Source: Lama glama | Lineage: Eukaryota | Length of the DNA stretch: 64,000 nucleotides | Direction of reading: 5' to 3' | NCBI GenBank assembly: GCA_028534125.1 | Contig: CM052817.1 | Span: forward strand, 28,894,001-28,958,000 | Shown: piece by piece, positions 55,200 through 64,000 of the stretch | Layout of the letters: each line of letters begins with the position of its first letter | Numbering within the stretch: position 1 is the stretch's first letter | Notes under the pieces: generated by a model | Seen by the model: only the letters and a program-made list of their open reading frames with translations | Told to the model about the DNA's origin: nothing | The model's database searches: none | Position numbers and translations under genes: made by a program

Positions 55200-55548
55200 T
55201 TATTGAAATATAGTTGATTTACAATATTGTGTTAGTTTCAGCAAAGCGATTCAGTTACGTATACATATAAGTTTTTCAGATTACCTTCCCTTACAGGTTA
55301 TTACAAGATACTGTATATACAAGATATTGTGCTATACAATAAATTCTTTTATCCTATTTTATGTATAGTAGTTTGTATCTGTTAATCCTATACTCTTAAT
55401 GTGTCCCTCCCTGCCTCCCTTTCCCTTTTGGTGATCATAAGTCTGTTTTCTTTGTCTATTCAGTCTGTTTCTGTTTTGTATGTAAATTAATTTGTATTAT
55501 TTTTTAGATTCCACATATAAGTGATATCATATAATATTTGTCTTTCTC
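55200..55548 (-). mobile_element. Short L1 3' end with 16-bp target-site duplication
   Basis: tattgaaatatagttgatttacaat...ttagattccacatataagtgatatcata; TSD taagacaattagattt (55184-55199) vs taagacagttagattt (55549-55564). Confidence 0.92.
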
Positions 55549-56788
55549 TAAGACAGTTAGATTTATATCTACCACTTCAATGGACCCTTTCTTTGCTTCT
55601 CTGCCGAAATGGTATTCTCAGGAAATCTAGCACTATTAAAAAAGACAATCTAAGTGTGCTGTGTTTTGTCACCCTACCTCCAAGGTTACTAGAATATATG
55701 AACAATGGGCAACTTCCAATCAAGCTTGCATCTGTGCAGAGAGGTCCTTTGCACTTCTCTAGTCAAAATAAAGTGCAAACAAATTGCCTGGATCCCACAC
55801 AGTGACTGAATTACCAAAGAAATACAATTAAATCTGGGCTTATTTGTATCATAGGCTATCAATACTGAGCTCTCTAACACAACAGGCAAGTTTAAAATCT
55901 CGTGTCTTGACAAAGAAAAACGTTTGCCAAATGATGTTCCTGCAGCCATCCTTTTCATTTGTGCAAATAGCTTTCGAGTTGTGGCCCTCCCCATTTATAA
56001 ACATCACTGAGAACTGTGCCTGTCCCAGTTCCCCATCCTCCAAGCCCTAGTGATGTTCCGTGGAGTTCTTGTACTTGATCCACAAGCCCCCCTCCTGAGG
56101 CGCACTACAAAAGCATCATGCCAGGTGCTTTCCAAATCCTCTCCCTCGTTCTCTCATTTCAGAAAATCACTGCATTTATTCCACCGGGGAAGTGAACTCT
56201 ACCCACCTTCCACACTTGAGATGCCCAGAAAGGAAACACAATCACACACGCACACACAGATACACACGCACGCGAGCGCGCACAAACACACACCATATCC
56301 CTTCCTAATCTCCAACTCTGACAGCAGCACTCAGACAGCCAGTCTCTAGTTCTGCAGTCCAAAACGCCTATCAGTTACAGGTGACAACTGGCACAGGAGA
56401 AATCGGAAGTTTCTATGGCTCGATGGAAACCCCTTCCCCACAAGCAGTTCTCACGGCCCCCGGAGGGGCTTTGGAGGCACAGTCGCCAGTTCTCTGGTTA
56501 CCCCCTTCCGAAACTACCCGTAACTGGATGCTCCTGCGCCAACCCGCACCGCCAGGAGGCAATCCTGGCGGTGCGCGGCGATACCTGATGCCAACCTGCC
56601 CTCTGGAGGGACACCACTGGGGCCCACAAAAGTTGACCCCCAGGAGTCCTGCGGAGGCAGCGAGGAGGAGGACCTCTGCCCCCAGCCTCTTGCTCGCGTC
56701 TCTTCGCCGCCCTCCTTCGCTATAGTAGAAAGGAGCCCAACAGCTCCAAGAGCTGGGCGGGGGCGAGAGGACAAGATTAATAAAGTTA

Positions 56789-58258
<1,470 letters not shown>

Positions 58259-58259
58259 T

Positions 58260-58540
58260 TAGGCTGCCGCTCGGCTCTCCGCGGGGAGGGCGGGAGGAGG
58301 GGCCGGAGCAAAGAAAACTCGCCGCCCCAGTAGCTGGCGAGCGCGCCGCGAGCCCCGAGCGCGGACGGTGGCGCTAACTACTCCTCGCGGCCGGGGAGGC
58401 AGCATTGACGTCAAGCCCCAGACTGGGACCCGAGCCACAGCTGTCATTTAAAGAGATAGGCGCCAGCCTCTGGCTGCGGGGCTCCGACGCTAGGGGGCGG
58501 GGCCGAGGGCCGAGCCTGGAGGTGATGCTACTTGACAGCG
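58260..58540 (-). promoter_or_regulatory. KCTD8 proximal promoter: full CRE, E-box/TALE site, TTTAAA element, GC box
   Basis: TGACGTCA 58406-58413; CAGCTG 58438-58443 overlapping TGACAG (minus, 58441-58446); TTTAAA 58447-58452; GGGGCGGGG 58494-58502. The TSS cannot be placed from sequence alone. Confidence 0.65.
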
Positions 58541-60359
58541 AGCCTGGAGAAGCGGGCAGGGAACCAAAAACAAAACAGAAAAAAGGTCAGCATCTTTTCT
58601 TCATTCATTTCATTCCTCCTTCCGTCTGTCCATCCCTCCCTCCCTCCCTCATTCTGTTCGCTCTGTAAAACTATTTTTTTTACGCTTGCATTAAGTTGGG
58701 AAGTGGGGTGAAGGTATGGATTATAATAAAAATGCTAGGCTCCTAATCTGAAATTACTACAAATGTTGGCGTGAGAGCAGTGATTGCCAAAAGACTACGT
58801 GGGGGTAGCTCTCTTGTAGTGGTTTTATAAGTTTTTGAAATGAGGAGTGAAATGCCCCAACCTCTGTTACATTCAGATGTCATAACTTCATATTTAACTG
58901 CATGCACTACATACAGTTGAAGAATTTCTAAAACTGAAATATGGTGTCAGTTCACAAAACTAACAAAGGATTTATGTAATGTGACTGTGTTCTCCTTTCT
59001 TTCATCTGTTCAGTATTTGATTCATAGTAAATGCTTAGTAAATGTTTCGGGAGGAAGGGACAAATCCAGGGAGGAAACTTACTCCACTTGTTCCTAATTT
59101 CTGATCCTGATCGGTCCCTTCATTAATCTCTCCATTTCCCTTTCAACTCCATAGGGCGAGAGAAGAGGCTTATGTCTTCTAACCCCAAGAGTCCAGTAAC
59201 AAAGGAAAATTATATGAATTTAAGCTCACTTTAATTTTCATTTGTACACAGCACAGGTACAGTCTGTAAGATAAGCATTATTTGTGATAAAGAGTGAGGA
59301 GAGAAATGCAAATGAGAAATCTTCCTTCTTGTGGCTATTCATCCTGAGGCATCCTTTTGTGTTCAGAAACATAAAGAATGATTGCTTTATAAAGTACAAA
59401 CGTGAAAAGATTATACTTTGGCACAAGTAGTTTGCTTGAAAAATTATCATAGTATTATAGATGAGCTTTACCCATAAAATAATAAAAATAATATAAAATA
59501 ATGTATGGATTTTAATGTCTTAAAAATTTGAATCCCTACTTAAGATTCCTTCTCATTGAATCCACCACAGAAAAGTACTGAATTTGAGATAACATAACCT
59601 AGAATTTTTTATAAATAATTAATTAATTATTTTAAGCATTACAGACTATATTTAATTCATTGATCCTTATAAACCACATCCCCAGAAAATGCTCTATCAG
59701 TTTTGAAGTTAGATTACCTGAGACTGAGAGAACCTAATGGACCAATGAAAGAACATAATGTATACATTTAAAACTGGGTCTGTATTATGCGTCTTTATGC
59801 AATCCTCTTATCCAAGCCTATTGCTTCCCCCCAAATTTATACACTGATCTAATTAAAAAGTAGAATTGATTTTAGCCTTTTTCACTTAAAAGTTAACATG
59901 AGAAAGGATCTGGAATTTGAAATAATGGTTCCTGAAACATTAGTTAGTTAGTTAATTAATTAATTAATTGTTCCTGGAAAATGAATTAATAGAAGCTCTA
60001 TAACGTTTGTAGATGAATAAATAATAAAGCCTCAAACTACTACTAATGAAGCCCATTTATCAAGAGACAAAAGTCCCTAATGATAGGTTATAGACCACAG
60101 AATCATAATGAAGTGGATATATAATATATATGCATATGTATATATGAATACGAGGTCTCAAATATAATCAGGTTGAAATCCATTTTAATTTTTTAATTAC
60201 ATAAAATATGGTCGTAAGATGAAATGGTCTAAAATGTGTACTCTAGATGAATCATCTTAGAATTTCTTAATGAATTGCACTGTGATGTATTATTTTTCAC
60301 ATAATTCTTTTGACAATGATTGAACAGTTTTCCTTAATCTCTTCCATCTCCATAATTCT

Positions 60360-60740
60360 CTTACTCTTACCCTCCCCCCTCAATTATACCCTCCCACCAA
60401 ACTCCAAACTGAACAAATTGCAGGTCCACAAAGTCTTTACCAATCAGTCTGTCTTTCTGCTAGGCATGCCTTTCCTTTTCCACCAGTTCCCTAATCCTTT
60501 GCCCCTGTTTAATGCTTCCCCGAGATTTCAGCTTAAATAGCACTTCCTCTAGAAATCTTTCAGATTTTTACCAAGTCAGGTGTTCCCATAGTAGCCTATG
60601 CTTACACAAGGGCAGGGTTTATCACGCTGATGTGTCACTGTTTCCCATCAGATCGTAAGTACGGCATACAACCACGTGCACTGTTCTGTCCCCAGCATTG
60701 TGCCTAGCCCGTTAAGAGACAGTTTCTATCTGTTGAATGT
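60360..60740 (+). mobile_element. LINE-2 3' fragment
   Basis: ttcagcttaaatagcacttcctctagaaatctt...cccagcattgtgcctagc...tgttgaatg. Confidence 0.65.
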
Positions 60741-61334
60741 TCACTGCAAAAGAATATGTTCCTACCATGAGTGGATGACATAGCATCAGCTCTGTGCTAG
60801 ACCCTGGGCTACGTGATGAGATTGCAGACATGAATAAGACTCAGTTCTTCACAATTAAAATCCAGAAAAGTAAGAACAGAATTTGATTAAAACAAACTCA
60901 GATCTAAAGGAGAAGGGAAAGCAAGAAACAGACATTCTCGGAGCAAGCATTTTGGTGAACTAAGGAATCAACACTAAATACTATTGTTAGGACCATCTTG
61001 CTCTAAGCCACAGACACCATCAGTGTTGCCTAGGCCAATCTGATCTCAAAGATGGGGTCCTTAAGATCTTGTGTTGCAGTGCACAGACAAGAAACCAGAC
61101 TTCTCTGACTACAGACTACACCAGAGCACCTCACATTCCCAGAAGTTTTAAAATAACACAATCAAAACTGTGTTTCTAAAAGCACAGCAAACTAACCAAA
61201 AAGGATAATCGGAGTCAAGATGATAATAATTTGTCATTTAAAATAACAAATTAACTATTTCTTTACTAAGTGGAGAGTTATACCTAAAGGCAGGAGATGT
61301 ACCTTCTTTGATAGAAGAGGAAGAACACAGAAGG

Positions 61335-61470
61335 TAACAATGAGATTTAAAGTCAGGTAGAACTGGGTTAAAAATGGACCTTTGTCTCTTCCTGGCTTTG
61401 TAATTTGAGCAAGTTACTTAACTGCTCTGAACCTTAGTTTCCTTATGGGTACAGTGGAACTAATAAAGAC
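61335..61470 (+). mobile_element. MIR fragment
   Basis: ttgagcaagttacttaactgctctgaaccttagtttcctta. Confidence 0.75.
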
Positions 61471-62109
61471 CAGAGACTTCTCACTGTGATGATATGTCCA
61501 GTAACATAGCCGTTCAAGTTTGATGGAGTTCACTGTGTTTATTATGTCTGTTTCACACCATTGTTCTGAGGGATGAGAGCAGAGCCACACCCTAACTAGA
61601 CATACCTGAGATCCCAAAGCAGATAACTGACTACAGTAGCTCTGTCTTTCTTCCAATTGTCTCACCCCATGGCCTGCAATAACACGGCCCCTCCATCCTG
61701 AACCTCCCCACACCACCTGCAATGTGTCCTTCCCTGTCTTTAGCCATTGCTGTTCCTCTCATTACACTTCATCGTCCTCAACGTTGGCATCATTGCATTG
61801 ATTGAACTTACCTTGGTCCTGTTCTGTTCTTTTCTTTTTTTCAACTTTGTTCAGTCTTTTTACTGTGATCTAATTATCCCTTTTAACTTGTTTGTATAGA
61901 AGGCCAAATGCACTTCTAATTTTCAGGAACCCATCTGGTATCTGTTTATCTTGTTCAAGGCAATTGAAAGTTTTACAGGAAAAAAAAAACAAACAACAAT
62001 TCGACAAAACAATAACAACAACAACAACAAAAAAGCCATCAAGTACTTGTAATTCTAAGCAAAAAGCCTGAGATTCTTTCCTGTACCAAGAGCTTTGAAG
62101 TTTTTAGAG

Positions 62110-62421
62110 CAGTGATGTCCTATAAAAATATATGAACCACATATCTAATTTTAAATGTTCTAGTAACCACATTAAAAAAGGAAAAATAAAATAGGTGAAA
62201 TTATTTTAATAATATCATTTATTTGGCCCAGTATATCCAAAATATTATCATTTCAATACATACTCATAAATAATATGTTAATAACATGATTTTTTTTCCA
62301 ATCTTGGGCTTCAAAATATGGTGTGTATTTTACACATATAACACATCTCATTTTGGACCAGCCATATTTCATGTGCTCAGTAGCCACGTGTGGCTAGTGG
62401 CTGCTGTGTTGTTCAGCAGAG
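62110..62421. mobile_element. MER33-like hAT-Charlie MITE
   Basis: cagtgatgtcc...taattttaaatgttctagtaaccacatt...gtgctcagtagccacgtgtggctagtggct; 8-bp flanks ttttagag / ctctagag. Confidence 0.85.
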
Positions 62422-63606
62422 CTCTAGAGCAATTGTGACTCTAATATATCTACCTATTCTGAGGATTAGGTAAGACAGCATGTCTTTTAAAAGATTTTAT
62501 TACAGGACTTGTAATGAGAGGAATCTCACATTCAACACTTGATTAGAATTATTAACACATGGAATGGGGATCATGGAGCATCTCTCAGGACGAAAAAAGA
62601 GGAAAAGTTCTAAAAAGAAGAAAGACAATAATAGATATTCTATTAGTGGCAGAGTTGTGGTTTCCCCTTTACACCCATTACACCCCCATAAAGGTGAGAT
62701 ATGGGCAAGCTTTGCCACACACATCATTCTTGTGAGAAGCAGGCCAACCCAAGGGCCTATGGCCCCTGTAAGGTAAGAAATAAAAGGTCTTCTGCCAGAG
62801 CAGGGTCACCCTTGGTAGGAACAAGATAATATATAAGACAAGAAGGAGCATCTTCAAATGCAACAATTGCTGTAGAACCTGGGGAAAGTTAGAAAGCAGA
62901 GTATAAAAGCTAGCTCCCTGCAAAATCGCACCTATCAGTTTTGAGAATTTCAGTGATGCTATGAAGTGATAAACTTTGCAAATGAACTATTTAGGGAACC
63001 TAGACTATCAGTGTTTGATGCATTTGTTTTGGAGCACATTTCAGCAATTTAGATATCTTAATATAAAGTCATATGAGCCCTTGTTCTATATTACAAATTA
63101 TAGAAGCACTATTAAAGGTTAGGGTGACAGTTGGTAAAATTCTATTCAATTAATACCCAAAGAAATTAATGAAATGACCGATAGATTATGATGCAGCATA
63201 CCTAAGCACTCAATATAATGCCTGGCAAATAAAAAGTACTCAATAGATATTTATGAAAAAAAATCACTTGTAAGCCATTTTCATAGTAACATATCATGTA
63301 AAGGTCATGTTTTTGGACGTGGCTATGTAATTTAATATCTAGTATGTGCATGGGATGTATGTGTTGGGGGTAGTTTAGCAACAGATGACCTAGTATTTCA
63401 TCTTGCCCAACTGGCTGCCTCCCTGAAACGCTGCTTAGCTCCTCAAAGCTTGGGGGCAGGGGCAAGGCAACATAATTCCCCACAACCTTAGGACATTCTG
63501 GATAAAAATTTTCGGCTGAACAGTGGGGCTAATATTCGGATCCAAGATGGAATCTAAGACCCAACAAATAACATAAACCAGGAGCCTAAAACCAATTATA
63601 CATGTA

Positions 63607-63611
<5 letters not shown>

Positions 63612-63651
<40 letters not shown>
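63612..63651. repeat. (TA)20 microsatellite
   Basis: Perfect TA run read directly. Confidence 0.95.
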
Positions 63652-63657
<6 letters not shown>

Positions 63658-64000
63658 GCATAATATAAAATATATCAATTCTGTGCTGCAATTTAAAAAA
63701 AAAGGTTTCACTGATTGGAAGAAGATTCTAAAACAGAGTCGTGTTCATTCTGATGTCAGATTTTCCCTTGCAAATGCCCCCAAATTACAAACTTTTCTTA
63801 AATTATTACTATAACCGACAGACCAGTAACTGATGAGTTTGACTCCATTATTAAAATAAACTAATCATAGCAGGAATTCAGCCATTTCTTACACTTCTAA
63901 ACATTCTGTCCTATCTCCTAGGTTGGTCAAGAGGATTATTTAAATAATGACTGTAAGGCACTTGATGCTCCTCAAGCTACTATGGAACAAAAATATTTTA

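Noticed and set aside
56322..56342. RE1-like GCAGCACTCAGACAGCC
   Set aside because: Half-site spacing is one base short and the GG of GGACAG is missing.

Overview
Mammalian genomic DNA, AT-rich and repeat-dense, with one 500-N assembly gap. The L1 tails look cetartiodactyl, most likely camelid (inference). The only real protein-coding sequence is coding exon 1 of KCTD8, a BTB/T1 plus H1 domain GABA-B receptor auxiliary subunit. It lies on the minus strand at 57937..56986 inside a CpG island, with a GC-rich promoter/5' UTR to its right. Everything left of 56986 appears to be the start of the very long intron 1; the H2-encoding exon is not in the window. The rest is mostly ancient interspersed repeats (L1, L2, MIR, MaLR/ERVL LTRs, hAT and Tigger DNA transposons), several of them nested. 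Repeat subfamily names come from remembered consensus sequences and need RepeatMasker/Dfam confirmation; boundaries of old repeats are approximate. I found no clearly novel biological system. The best leads are: an intron read-through KCTD8 ORF lacking H2, an upstream poly-Arg uORF and an in-frame upstream ATG, a perfect 13-bp hairpin in the intronic CpG island, an RE1-like site inside the CDS, and a two-LTR proviral relic.
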